Positions 1 to 9,197 of a stretch of 48,227 nt of DNA are shown here, in pieces; positions within the stretch are counted from its first letter, which is position 1, and the number at the start of each line of letters is the position of its first letter. The notes below the pieces were generated by a model that saw only the letters and a list, made by a program, of their open reading frames with translations, searched no databases and had not been told where the DNA came from. This stretch comes from Acidimicrobiales bacterium (GTDB lineage Bacteria; Actinomycetota; Acidimicrobiia; Acidimicrobiales; Aldehydirespiratoraceae): positions 1 to 48,227 of the forward strand of contig JAKZTU010000001.1 of assembly GCA_047516945.1 (NCBI GenBank), written 5' to 3'. The position numbers were made by a program, and so were the translations under genes.

Positions 1-1035
1 GGCGGTCTCACCGCAGGCTTCTGGCTGGCTCGCGACAGCACAGGAGCTGAACTCTACGACCCCGTCTTCGCGGTGGAGCACGACCCGGCGGCTGCAGCCA
101 CCTACAAGGCCAACTTCGGCATACATGTCCATGACGGGGACATCGAGTTCGTGGACCCCAAGGTGTACCCCAGCGCCGACATCATCATCGGAGGGCCGCC
201 CTGTCAGGGATTCTCTCCACTGGGCCGCGACCGCGACCCCGACTCGAAGGCCGCACTCAACGGATTGTGGGAGCACTTCCTTGCCGCAGTCGTGCAGGTG
301 CGACCGCGAGCGTTCGTGATCGAGAACGTCCCTCAGTTCCAGCGCTCCGCCCAGTTCAACGAGCTATTGGACCGGATGGCTAATCACCCCTTCCTGTCGC
401 AGTTCGGCTGTGGCTACGGGGTACTGAATGCCGCGGACTACGGGGTGCCGCAGACCAGGAGACGGGGCATCTTCATGGCGGTCTACAAACAGTCCGTGCC
501 TTGGCCTCCTCCGCCGACGCACGGCGACTCTCCGATGTTCGAGCAGCCGTATCGCACAGTGCGCGACGCGATCTCCGACCTTCCGGCCGAACCCACGACG
601 GATCAACCCACCACAGCCGACGACGGCTCCCAGGATCTCCATATCCGACGCAACCCGCGGGAAACCTCTCTGCAGCGTTACCGGGCTATCCCACCGGGAG
701 GGAACCGCTTCGATCTGCAGCGCAATCGGCCCGACATCACGCCGAACTGCTGGCTGAACAAGCCCACGGGCACTACTGACGTGATGGGTCGGATGTGGTG
801 GGACCGACCCGGGCCGACCATTCGGACCGAGTTCTTCAAGCCTGAGAAGGGACGTTACCTACATCCCGAGCACGACAGGCCGATCACCCACCGCGAGGCC
901 GCCCGGCTCCAGAGCTTCCCCGACACCTTCATCTTTGAAGGATCCAAGATCGAGATCGCTCGTCAGATCGGCAACGCCGTCCCGCCGGTGCTCGCCCGCG
1001 AGATCGCGCTGCACCTCGCACGCATACTCGAATAG
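1..1035 (+). CDS. DNA (cytosine-5)-methyltransferase, 5'-truncated by the window edge
   Basis: Frame is open from base 1 (GGLTAGF..., end of motif I). Motifs present: IV GGPPCQGFS, VI ENV, VIII QTRRR, IX REAARLQSFPD and X QIGNAVPP. Confidence 0.95.
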   Translation, partial: GGLTAGFWLARDSTGAELYDPVFAVEHDPAAAATYKANFGIHVHDGDIEFVDPKVYPSADIIIGGPPCQGFSPLGRDRDPDSKAALNGLWEHFLAAVVQVRPRAFVIENVPQFQRSAQFNELLDRMANHPFLSQFGCGYGVLNAADYGVPQTRRRGIFMAVYKQSVPWPPPPTHGDSPMFEQPYRTVRDAISDLPAEPTTDQPTTADDGSQDLHIRRNPRETSLQRYRAIPPGGNRFDLQRNRPDITPNCWLNKPTGTTDVMGRMWWDRPGPTIRTEFFKPEKGRYLHPEHDRPITHREAARLQSFPDTFIFEGSKIEIARQIGNAVPPVLAREIALHLARILE

Positions 1036-1079
1036 CGCAAGAATCCGGTGGTCGACGTCCCGATCGATCCAGGTGGTCT

Positions 1080-2216
1080 TCAGTCTGCTGGGCCGGACTC
1101 GATCATCTGTCGACTCAACGTGAGATAGAGGTCACGGTTGGGGCTCGGTCCTGGATTTTCGCTGGCGCCGGCGAGTCGCCACCACCGATCACCCAGCCAG
1201 ACCCTGCGATTTTCACCATTCTCGGTAGGGACAACCCGGCAAGAAACCAGCTCTCCCTTGTACGGAACAGGAAGATCCAATCCGCGAGCGATGTGGGGGT
1301 CAGCCCCCTGGTGGCCCAGGATCAAGAACCCCTCGTCGCCAAGGTTTGTTGGCAACCTCGCATCACGCGCCCGCTTCATCGGGTCCTTCTGTTGCGCGAC
1401 CGTGACCATGGTCGGCCGGTCGATGATCTCGCCCTGGATCTCGCGCAGCAGAGCGTTCACGCGCTCCTGGCCCGAAGTATTCAGCAAGATTGCACGTCGG
1501 CTATCTTCGCCCATCCGCCGAAGCGGGTTCGGTGGCAGGTTCTGCAGTCCACCCCAGAGCCAATAGGTGCTGTCGATCCCGTCGTCGTTCAGACGCCGCT
1601 TGTTGTCCCGGTTGTACTGCCTACGCCTCTGACCGGAGTCGTCGGTCTTGAATTTGAGCAGGTCATCGCGGATCTGAACGACACCGGCGGCCCACTGGGC
1701 ATCGTCATCGTTCATCCATACCAGGAGTGCGAGGTGGTCGGCGGTTCCGGGTTGCTCGTGGTCTTCACAGAGGTACATCTCCATCGGGATCTCCCAACCG
1801 CCGAAGTCCTTGGAGAACTTGCAATCGACCTCGTGCCCATCGATCTCCCAGTCGAGGTCGGTGCCGTCGGAGATGTCGAATTCGATTGTGAGCCCGAGTT
1901 CAACCTTGGTGCCCAAGTGGGTCTTCTCCGTCTTTTTGAGCTGTTGGTAGCACCATCGCCGTGTGCGCTGCCCGTCGAGCAGTTCGTCCAAGGAGTCGCG
2001 GAGTACCCAGGCGAATCGTTCAAGACCGTCTGGTTGCTCTTCGAACCAACGAACAAGACCCGCGAGGGCGGGGGTAGGTGACGAGGACTCTTCACTGGGA
2101 GGACGCCGCTTGGTGGACATCCGTGCCTTCGGGTCGTCAGCGAAGCCTTCTGGCGGCGCGCCACGGGACCCCCTCGATCTTGTCCTTCTACGTCGCATGG
2201 AGTCCGGTTGGGTCAC
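1080..2216 (-). CDS. NaeI-family type II restriction endonuclease (start uncertain)
   Basis: Segments LRDSLDELLDGQRT..QLKKTEKTHLGTKVE, D-W-E-I-D-G-H-E-V-D-C-K-F-S, NRDNKRRL, SGQERVNALLR and VAQQKDPMKRAR match the NaeI endonuclease plus C-terminal domain pattern. It is convergent with the C5 MTase. Confidence 0.85.
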   Translation of the reverse strand: MTQPDSMRRRRTRSRGSRGAPPEGFADDPKARMSTKRRPPSEESSSPTPALAGLVRWFEEQPDGLERFAWVLRDSLDELLDGQRTRRWCYQQLKKTEKTHLGTKVELGLTIEFDISDGTDLDWEIDGHEVDCKFSKDFGGWEIPMEMYLCEDHEQPGTADHLALLVWMNDDDAQWAAGVVQIRDDLLKFKTDDSGQRRRQYNRDNKRRLNDDGIDSTYWLWGGLQNLPPNPLRRMGEDSRRAILLNTSGQERVNALLREIQGEIIDRPTMVTVAQQKDPMKRARDARLPTNLGDEGFLILGHQGADPHIARGLDLPVPYKGELVSCRVVPTENGENRRVWLGDRWWRLAGASENPGPSPNRDLYLTLSRQMIESGPAD

Positions 2217-2289
2217 ACCGCGGGTCTACCGGGACCGTCGTGGTTTTGGCAACTCTGCACACTGCGATCACGGGATTGCCGACTGGGTA

Positions 2290-2775
2290 CTAGCACCGGC
2301 CACCGACTGTTGTCTCTGTCTGAGGCCGCCCCGTCCCCTCGGCCGAAGAGCGGACCGACTCCTGGACTCGGTCGGCTACCGACTCGGGGTCTTCATGCTC
2401 CCAGAACCGCAGCACCGTCCACCCCGCCTGCTGCAGGTAGGTCGTAGTCTCAGCGTCGCGCTCGACGTTGCGGGCGATCTTGTCGGCCCAGAACTCCGAG
2501 TTGGTAACGGGTTGCGTGTGGTGCTCGGGGCAGCTATGCCAGTAACAACCGTCCACGAACACCGCGATCCGGCTCTTCCGCAGTACCAGATCAGCGGTAC
2601 GGGGCAGTTCCGGCTGGGGACGGACCGAGACCCTGAAGCGGATACCCCGTCGATGCACCGCAGAGCGCACGGCCAACTCGGGCTTGGTGTCGCGGCTTCG
2701 ATTGCCCTGCATCGACTTACGGTTGCCGGGCGATGAAGCCCAAGACGCACTCCCAGAGCCTTCGGCCACCTTCAA
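2290..2775 (-). CDS. vsr: Very short patch repair endonuclease
   Basis: MQGNRSRDTKPEL, ADLV, AVFVDGCYWHSCPEH, FWADKIARNVERD and GWTVLRFWEHE. Lies next to C5 MTases. Confidence 0.95.
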   Translation of the reverse strand: MKVAEGSGSASWASSPGNRKSMQGNRSRDTKPELAVRSAVHRRGIRFRVSVRPQPELPRTADLVLRKSRIAVFVDGCYWHSCPEHHTQPVTNSEFWADKIARNVERDAETTTYLQQAGWTVLRFWEHEDPESVADRVQESVRSSAEGTGRPQTETTVGGRC

Positions 2776-3432
2776 GACAATAGTGGATCAGTCGAGCCGA
2801 CACCGTGTCTCGGTAGCGCTGCTCGCTCCTGCCTTGCGGGATGCTCGTGGTCGACATAAGAAGACCGGCCGCGAGGTTCTTGGCTTCGATCGAGCGTATC
2901 CTTGCTTGTAACTCCCCGGTGTCGCCAATGCCTTCGTGGCATGCGCCCGGGGTATTGACTTTTTGGGACATGGTGGGTCTGGCGCTGGAGTGCGCTTCTC
3001 GCGAATTGACAACCGGCTACGTCCGCCAGGCCGGAGACGGCAAAGGGAGAGCCGCACCCGAGCGTTGCGCCTAGCGCTACCCGGCGTGATGAGAGCCGTC
3101 AAGTGTATCTCGTCGAGTTCGTCGTTGAGGACGGCCTCGAGCCCTGAGCGGCTGTTTTCCGTTTGCAACTTGGAAGCCTTCGTGTTCGACACGAGCCTGC
3201 CGTCGCACTTCGCCCGAGTGGTCCGGTTCGGCGTGCTCGGGTCGCTGGTCGGATCAAGCCGCGCCATCATTCCCGTCCAGGTCGCCTGACGACCGCTGCT
3301 GTCACACCCCTGCTGTGTGCTTGTGGTGTGGACTCTCTAGGAATTGATCGGAAGGCGCGAGGGGTGCAATTGCGTCTTGGTGATGGGCAGAGGGTGCGCG
3401 CCCAGGCCGACCGCAGCGGGCAGACTGAGGGT

Positions 3433-4521
3433 GTGACCGTTGGCTCCGCGATCTCTCTCTTCTCCGGCGCCGGGGGTCTCGACTTGGGGATCGAGTCGGC
3501 GGGGTTCGCCACACTGGCCGCGGTGGAATGGGACGACGATGCCTGCGACACCTTGGAGAAGAACGCCCCCATCTACTTTCAGAGTCTCCGTGAGGTGGTT
3601 CGGGCCGACCTCTACCCGCTCGCCACCGGCGCAGGTGAGGGTCTGACCACGCGGGACATCCTCCGAGCGGCCGGTCTGTCGAGCCGGGAGAGGCCCGATC
3701 TGCTCGTGGGTGGGCCACCTTGCGTTGCATTCTCCAAGTCAGGCTTCTGGCTCGACTGGAAGCGTGATGGAGTTGACCCCGCAGCGAGTCTTCTGCAGGC
3801 CTATACCCGTGTGCTCGCCGAGGCAAGGCCCCGCTACTTCATTTTTGAGAACGTGTATGCGCTGACCTTCAACAACAAGGCGAGCAGGCCGGCGTTCACC
3901 CGCTTACTGGCAGAGATCGAGGCGGCGGGATACCGGTTTTGGTGGCAAGTGTTGAACACGGCCGACTACGGAGTGCCCCAGGCCCGTCCTCGTCTGTGCG
4001 TCGTGGGCTGTCGTAAGCGAGACACACTGCCTGATCCGCCGGATCCGACTCACCACGGACCATGGGAACGACGAGCTACGACCGGTGGGCCTCTGCCCCA
4101 CGTCACGGCTGGCGAGGCGCTCGCCGGGTTGATCACCGACTCCGAGCCCCAGGAGGTGGTGCGAGGGCGTTGGAGCCATCTCCTGCCTGAGGTCCCGCCT
4201 GGTGACAACTACCTCTATTTCACGGAGAAGCGTGGTCACCCAGCGCCGATCTTTGAATGGCGGTCGCGGTATTGGTCGTTCCTGTTGAAGCTTGATCCCG
4301 GCAGGCCGTCACCGACGATCCAGGCTCAGCCCGGTCCCAACGTCGGTCCGTTCCACTGGGACAACCGTCGCCTTCGTGTCCCGGAGCTTCGTAGGCTCTT
4401 CACGTTCCCGGACGACTTCGCGTTCGTCGGCAAGCGAGCATCAGTGCAGGCTCAGATCGGGAACTCGGTGCCTCCACTATTTTCGGAGCGAGTCGCTCGA
4501 GTCGTTGCGGCTGAGTGCTAG
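3433..4521 (+). CDS. Second DNA (cytosine-5)-methyltransferase
   Basis: ISLFSGAGGLDLG, GGPPCVAFS, ENV, QARPR and QIGNSVPP. Likely GTG start at 3433; in-frame alternative GTG at 3328. Confidence 0.95.
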   Translation: MTVGSAISLFSGAGGLDLGIESAGFATLAAVEWDDDACDTLEKNAPIYFQSLREVVRADLYPLATGAGEGLTTRDILRAAGLSSRERPDLLVGGPPCVAFSKSGFWLDWKRDGVDPAASLLQAYTRVLAEARPRYFIFENVYALTFNNKASRPAFTRLLAEIEAAGYRFWWQVLNTADYGVPQARPRLCVVGCRKRDTLPDPPDPTHHGPWERRATTGGPLPHVTAGEALAGLITDSEPQEVVRGRWSHLLPEVPPGDNYLYFTEKRGHPAPIFEWRSRYWSFLLKLDPGRPSPTIQAQPGPNVGPFHWDNRRLRVPELRRLFTFPDDFAFVGKRASVQAQIGNSVPPLFSERVARVVAAEC

Positions 4522-4545
4522 CGCGGCTGAACTGAGGAACGGGCC

Positions 4546-5709
4546 GTGACGGATCTGGCTGGCCGCAGCTACCTCCCCAAGCTGTACCGCATCTCCAAGT
4601 CCCGCGAACCCGTCGTGGACCTGTTGCTCAAAGGAATTAAGGACGGGGGAGGACGGGTGGTCTCATGCTCCTTCCCGGCCAAGAAGCTGGCACCGATCTT
4701 CATCGGTGCTGAAGACAGCGACAACCATCACTTCGGCCTCGTCGTGTATCCATTCACCACAACGAGAAGAGCCACCAAGAACCGACCAGCCACAGAACAC
4801 CGCTTCCAGATCCGGTACGGCGACCCAGAACGAGTTCGCCTTGAATTGAACCCGGTCGGCCACGATCCCGCTGGGGTGGACACCACTCTGATACTCGCCA
4901 TCGACCCCGAGACGGGAATCATCGTCGGTCTGGATCCCCTCGTCTACGCGCAGCTTCCGATGGGAATCTCGGGTTACTACCGGGACGCAAACGCGGAGGC
5001 CGTGATGAGCACTGGCTGGGCCTGGTGGGCGAGGGAGAAGACAAGACCGCGCACACCCCAGGGCGAGGGTTGGGACGGTCTCGAATCCATGGTTGGTTTC
5101 CGTCCTGATCGCTTGCTCGACTACGCCCGTTTCGAGGCGCTCGCAACGAGCCTGGGGTTCGACACGGGTCTGCGGCTCAGCCTCGCTGAACACTTCCTTC
5201 ACGGCAGAATCGGTCGCCACGACCTTGAGACTCTCTACGGTGTCAGTGCAGCCACCATCCTCGACATCATCGAGTCGAACTTCCGTCTCGGCGTCGCAGT
5301 GCGGGGAAGCATTGCAGAACACCACCTAGGCAACTTCCTCGATGGTGATCAGTGCATCGCCGCCTACGAGTCGATCGACCAGGACGGAATGCCGGACTTC
5401 CGGATCTGGCTCGACGACGGACGCGAACTAACGATCGAGTGCAAGAACGCTCTCAGCGAGACCTACAAGGACGGCGACGCCAAGGTTGAGACCCAGAAGA
5501 CGCGCGACTCGGGTGCAGGACGGAAGTACGCCTACGACGCTTTCGACATCGTCGCAGCGTGCATGTTCCCGGTCACCAAACGATGGATGTTCAAGTTCAA
5601 GTGGGCCCGCGATCTCACATGGTGGACCAAAGACGACACCAAGATCGGCGCCATCCAGCGAATCGACGACACTTGGGTCGATTCCCTCACCGACCTGCTC
5701 AAAACCTGA
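4546..5709 (+). CDS. Putative restriction endonuclease: C-terminal PD-(D/E)XK domain plus an N-terminal domain of unknown function
   Basis: AVRGSIAEHHL...MPDFRIWLDDGRELTIECKN...VETQKTR. Starts 24 nt after the second MTase stop. Confidence 0.7.
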   Translation: MTDLAGRSYLPKLYRISKSREPVVDLLLKGIKDGGGRVVSCSFPAKKLAPIFIGAEDSDNHHFGLVVYPFTTTRRATKNRPATEHRFQIRYGDPERVRLELNPVGHDPAGVDTTLILAIDPETGIIVGLDPLVYAQLPMGISGYYRDANAEAVMSTGWAWWAREKTRPRTPQGEGWDGLESMVGFRPDRLLDYARFEALATSLGFDTGLRLSLAEHFLHGRIGRHDLETLYGVSAATILDIIESNFRLGVAVRGSIAEHHLGNFLDGDQCIAAYESIDQDGMPDFRIWLDDGRELTIECKNALSETYKDGDAKVETQKTRDSGAGRKYAYDAFDIVAACMFPVTKRWMFKFKWARDLTWWTKDDTKIGAIQRIDDTWVDSLTDLLKT

Positions 5710-5730
5710 GCCTCTACGCGACGGTTCCTG

Positions 5731-6849
5731 TTATTGCGTTGCTGCTTGGTAGGCGTCGAGTACGAGGCTGTGGAAATGGTGCAGTGCATGCTCGGACAAC
5801 CCCGAGCCCAACGGATCGTTCACGATGCGCCCTTGGGTGAAGGCCGGTGTCTGCATCCCGCGCTGCACGCTTTCGACCAAGTTGATGTCTTCGACCTGGA
5901 GGACCTGGTCGAGGTAGCGGATCGATTCAAGCTCTGCTTCATTCGGCTCATCCGACTCAAGGAATAAATCGCAGGTCTGGAACGTGACGTTCTCCGATAC
6001 CGGGATGATCTTGAGAATGCTCATATTCCCTCGCCCGGGGTAACGCATGATGCAGGTGTTGGGCCAGACCCACCAAACGGCGTGGTCGGTGACCGTCGCC
6101 TCCGACACGTCGTACGCGTTGTTCTCGGTCCTGCCGGCCTGGGCCATGTGGCTTGAGTAGATGCCGTGCGTCGTGACCTTGTAGGTGTCCATGTCGACCA
6201 GCGAGATGAAGTCCTTGTGGGCGACGTGGCAGTGGTAGCACTCGAGGAAGTTGTCGACGACGTTCTTCCAGTTGGAGTTGATCGTGTATTCCAGACGGTG
6301 GGCGAAGGTGAGCTGTTCGACATCGGGGGCCCAGTGCGCAATCTCTTCTGCGAGTTGGCCCGAAGCCTGCGCCAGCGGCGCCGCGGCCGGGTCGAGGTTG
6401 ACGTAGACGAACCCTCCGAGTTCCTCGACCTGCACCTGGTCGAGGCAGATCGAACCGACCTCGAAATCGACGAGGTTCTTCGTGTGCCGGGCGGACTGGA
6501 GAGTTCCGCCGAGATCATAGGACCACCCGTGATAAGGGCACACGATATTGCTCGTCGTGCCCTCGCCAGCGAGAACATGATGGGCCCGATGCTTGCACAC
6601 GTTGAAGAAGGCGCGGAGTTCGCCGCTGGCATCGCGCACGGCGACGATGGGCATCCCGGCGACCTCATCGGCTACGTAGTTGCCGGGATTCCGCAATTTC
6701 TCGCCGTGGCAGAGCCACTGCCACGACCGGCTGATGATCTGCTGCTGGTCGGTCTCGAACCACTCGGGCAGCGTGTAGGCGTCGGCCTGCAGCGACATCG
6801 ATAAAGACGGATCGGGGTCCCAACCCCCGGCAATCGTTTTCGATCTCAT
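5731..6849 (-). CDS. Rieske non-heme iron oxygenase alpha subunit (choline monooxygenase/CntA-like group)
   Basis: Rieske motifs CKHRAH...CPYHGW, mononuclear iron motif NFLECYHCHVAH, and QVED near the C-terminus. Confidence 0.9.
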   Translation of the reverse strand: MRSKTIAGGWDPDPSLSMSLQADAYTLPEWFETDQQQIISRSWQWLCHGEKLRNPGNYVADEVAGMPIVAVRDASGELRAFFNVCKHRAHHVLAGEGTTSNIVCPYHGWSYDLGGTLQSARHTKNLVDFEVGSICLDQVQVEELGGFVYVNLDPAAAPLAQASGQLAEEIAHWAPDVEQLTFAHRLEYTINSNWKNVVDNFLECYHCHVAHKDFISLVDMDTYKVTTHGIYSSHMAQAGRTENNAYDVSEATVTDHAVWWVWPNTCIMRYPGRGNMSILKIIPVSENVTFQTCDLFLESDEPNEAELESIRYLDQVLQVEDINLVESVQRGMQTPAFTQGRIVNDPLGSGLSEHALHHFHSLVLDAYQAATQ

Positions 6850-6880
6850 GGCTGGACCGTAACAGTCTTTGAACGCTCGC

Positions 6881-7039
6881 TTACGCGGCCCGTCGGGCCA
6901 TGTAGATCTCCGCGCGGGCGCCGTGTGCCGCGACCGACTCCGGCTCGGCAGTCGTGGCCAGCTCTATGAGTTCGCATGCCAGGCGGAAGTCTCCGGCTGT
7001 GGCGAGCTCTTGGGCACGGCTGATGACCCCATGCTGCAT
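6881..7039 (-). pseudogene. Fragment resembling an alkyl-sulfatase dimerization domain
   Basis: ISRAQELATAGDFRLACELIELATTAEPESVAAHGARAEIYMARRAA followed by a stop. No upstream metallo-beta-lactamase domain. Confidence 0.55.
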
Positions 7040-7328
7040 CCTATCTCTGCACAAAGTTGTCCTTGCCTGGCCCGTGCGTGAGGAAGCTGGCCTGCGCGCG
7101 GCGTTCGGGTCACTGCAGGGTGCGAGTCGAACTCTCTGCCGGGGAGGTAGTTGACATCGCCGAATGCAGCAAACACACTGGTCAGGTACTGGCACTTCGC
7201 TCTGGAGGTACGCGCACCTGATGAGAAAGTGGCCATTGGCAGCTGCGCCTACTACAGCAGTGAGGAAAGTATCGACGGTCAATGGTAGTTGTCATCATCG
7301 GCCCTGACGATGTGGTGCTCGCACCTTT

Positions 7329-8150
7329 ATGATCGCGGTTGCGACCAGCGAAGCTGAGCTTGTCGGGATGTGTGACCGACTGCGAACGCTCGGTGCGCCG
7401 GCGTGCGATGTTGTGGCACCCGGAGGCATCCGACGGGTTGTGTTGGCCGTCGTGGATAACGAGCAGAGCGAGGCGGGCCTTGTCGAGTCGCTTCGAGATG
7501 AGGGCGCGATGGCGGTTACGAGGCCAAACGGTGGCGCTGCGCTGCAGGCGTGGTTTCGAGATACTCGCCCGCTGACATTTGGCGGACGACTCAGCGTCTG
7601 CCACGCCTTCTCAGAGCACGACCGCAGCGATCTTGTGGGGTTGGTCGAGCTCGGTTCGGGTGGTTTCGGAAGCGGTCATCATGCCACGACCTGGCAAGTC
7701 ATCGAAGCACTGGTGGAGCGGATCGCTGGCGGCGAGCGGGTCCTGGACGTTGGCTGTGGAAGCGGAATTCTAGGACTCTGCGCGCTCAAGCTTGGTGCGG
7801 CAAACGTGGTGGCGGTCGATGTCAAGCCCGATGCCGTGGAAGCGACAAAACGCAATGCTGGAATCAACGCCATGGGCGGTCGGATCCAAGCATCGCTCGC
7901 TGCTCTTGGCGAGATCGACGGCACGTTCGATGTCGTGGTCGCGAACATTGCCCGAGCAGGGATCGTCGAACTCGCCTCGGAACTGGTCTCGCATGTGTCG
8001 CCGGGCGGGTGGCTCGCGGTGGGTGGCATCTCGCCTTCGCAGTGCTCTCAGGTTGTCGACTTCCTCAATCCTCTCGTCGAAGTCGAACGCCGAACCAGCG
8101 GTGAGTGGTCATCTCTAGTGCTCGCTGCCCCCGCAGAACCCCGACCCTAG
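7329..8150 (+). CDS. PrmA-like (ribosomal protein L11-type) SAM-dependent methyltransferase
   Basis: GFGSGHHATT, VLDVGCGSGILG and FDVVVANI. Confidence 0.8.
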   Translation: MIAVATSEAELVGMCDRLRTLGAPACDVVAPGGIRRVVLAVVDNEQSEAGLVESLRDEGAMAVTRPNGGAALQAWFRDTRPLTFGGRLSVCHAFSEHDRSDLVGLVELGSGGFGSGHHATTWQVIEALVERIAGGERVLDVGCGSGILGLCALKLGAANVVAVDVKPDAVEATKRNAGINAMGGRIQASLAALGEIDGTFDVVVANIARAGIVELASELVSHVSPGGWLAVGGISPSQCSQVVDFLNPLVEVERRTSGEWSSLVLAAPAEPRP

Positions 8151-8169
8151 AGCCGGCGTAGGTCAGGAT

Positions 8170-8709
8170 TCAGGTACTGAGTAGCGCGGCGAGGCGGTCG
8201 AACCGGTGGTCTTCGTCACCTGTGATCCGTCCGACCCAGCGCAGCGCCTCTGCGGTGTCGATGTGGGTTCCGAGCGCGATCATGGCTTCGATATCGATCC
8301 AGTCCTTGGGTCGATCGAACACCGCCTTGCAGACGCTGAGGTGGGTGGCGGAGAGCACGCGAATCGTGTGATCGGCGAAAGGCACAGTGACGGTTGCGGC
8401 TTCCGCGGCGGCGTGAAAGGGGTCGTAGGAGAAGAAGAGGTCGATTGGTGTGTTGTCCCACATGTTCCGCGCCTGGCCGTCGCGGGCCAGCGTCTCGGCT
8501 ACGGTGTCGGTGTCGACTCCGAGTTGGCTAAGTGGCTCGAATACCTCTGCGGCTCGCTCTACGGATACGAAAACGTTCACATCGATGGCGATCGTGGCTC
8601 TCGGCTCGGCGTGATAGGCGAGCGAGATCGCGCCACCGAAAGCGTGTGGTATTGCTGTCAGGGCACGATCAATTGCGAGGATCTTGTCGGGCAGCGACAA
8701 GCGGGTCAC
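8170..8709 (-). CDS. Nucleotidyltransferase-fold protein (putative TA toxin)
   Basis: AFGGAISLAYHAEPRATIAIDVNV and K..FDRPKDWIDIE. The GTG start overlaps the upstream HTH gene stop (GTGA). Confidence 0.7.
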   Translation of the reverse strand: MTRLSLPDKILAIDRALTAIPHAFGGAISLAYHAEPRATIAIDVNVFVSVERAAEVFEPLSQLGVDTDTVAETLARDGQARNMWDNTPIDLFFSYDPFHAAAEAATVTVPFADHTIRVLSATHLSVCKAVFDRPKDWIDIEAMIALGTHIDTAEALRWVGRITGDEDHRFDRLAALLST

Positions 8710-9032
8710 GACGAGTCGATTCGGGGATAGGCGAGTGAGGCGCGTCTGTGATGTCCGATGGCGTCGGCAAGGAGGAGCACATCCACGAGTCGGCTGGCGT
8801 GCTCTTCGGGGCATGACGGTGGGGGGATGTCTGGCGGCTGGGATGCGAGTTGGAGTTCTAAACGGTCGCCCGCTGCTGTGATGAGCCGTCGCAGTGTGCG
8901 AGTCGTAGGGTCTCGCCGCCCATGCTCGTAGGCGGAGATCACCGGTTGGCTGGTGCCGGCGCGTGCAGCCAGCACCGCCTGACTCAGACCGTGACGCTGC
9001 CGCGCCGCCCGAAGGAGTTCTGCCGGTTCCAT
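8706..9032 (-). CDS. XRE-family HTH protein (putative antitoxin/regulator)
   Basis: LLRAARQRHGLSQAVLAARAGTSQPVISAYEHGRRDP. Confidence 0.85.
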   Translation of the reverse strand: MEPAELLRAARQRHGLSQAVLAARAGTSQPVISAYEHGRRDPTTRTLRRLITAAGDRLELQLASQPPDIPPPSCPEEHASRLVDVLLLADAIGHHRRASLAYPRIDSS

Positions 9033-9039
9033 AATTGAT

Positions 9040-9068
9040 AGCATAATATATCGCTTTGTATATGTCAG
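9040..9068 (-). promoter_or_regulatory. Sigma70-type promoter for a leaderless HTH/NTase transcript
   Basis: Minus strand reads CTGACA-17 nt-TATGCT, then 7 nt, then the ATG at 9032. Confidence 0.6.
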
Positions 9069-9197
9069 CTTCACAGTAGCTAGTTCAGCTTGCGTTGCTG
9101 AGGCGCAGATCTCGGACTAAGTTATGCGTGTTCAACTGGCAAATGATGCCACCGGTGGCTGGTTACGAGTCACGGTTGACCTAGGAGGACTGACATC

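Noticed and set aside
2776-3300. Controller (C) protein or other gene between vsr and MTase2
   Set aside because: None of the overlapping ORFs shows an HTH or other recognisable motif. It may be decayed sequence.
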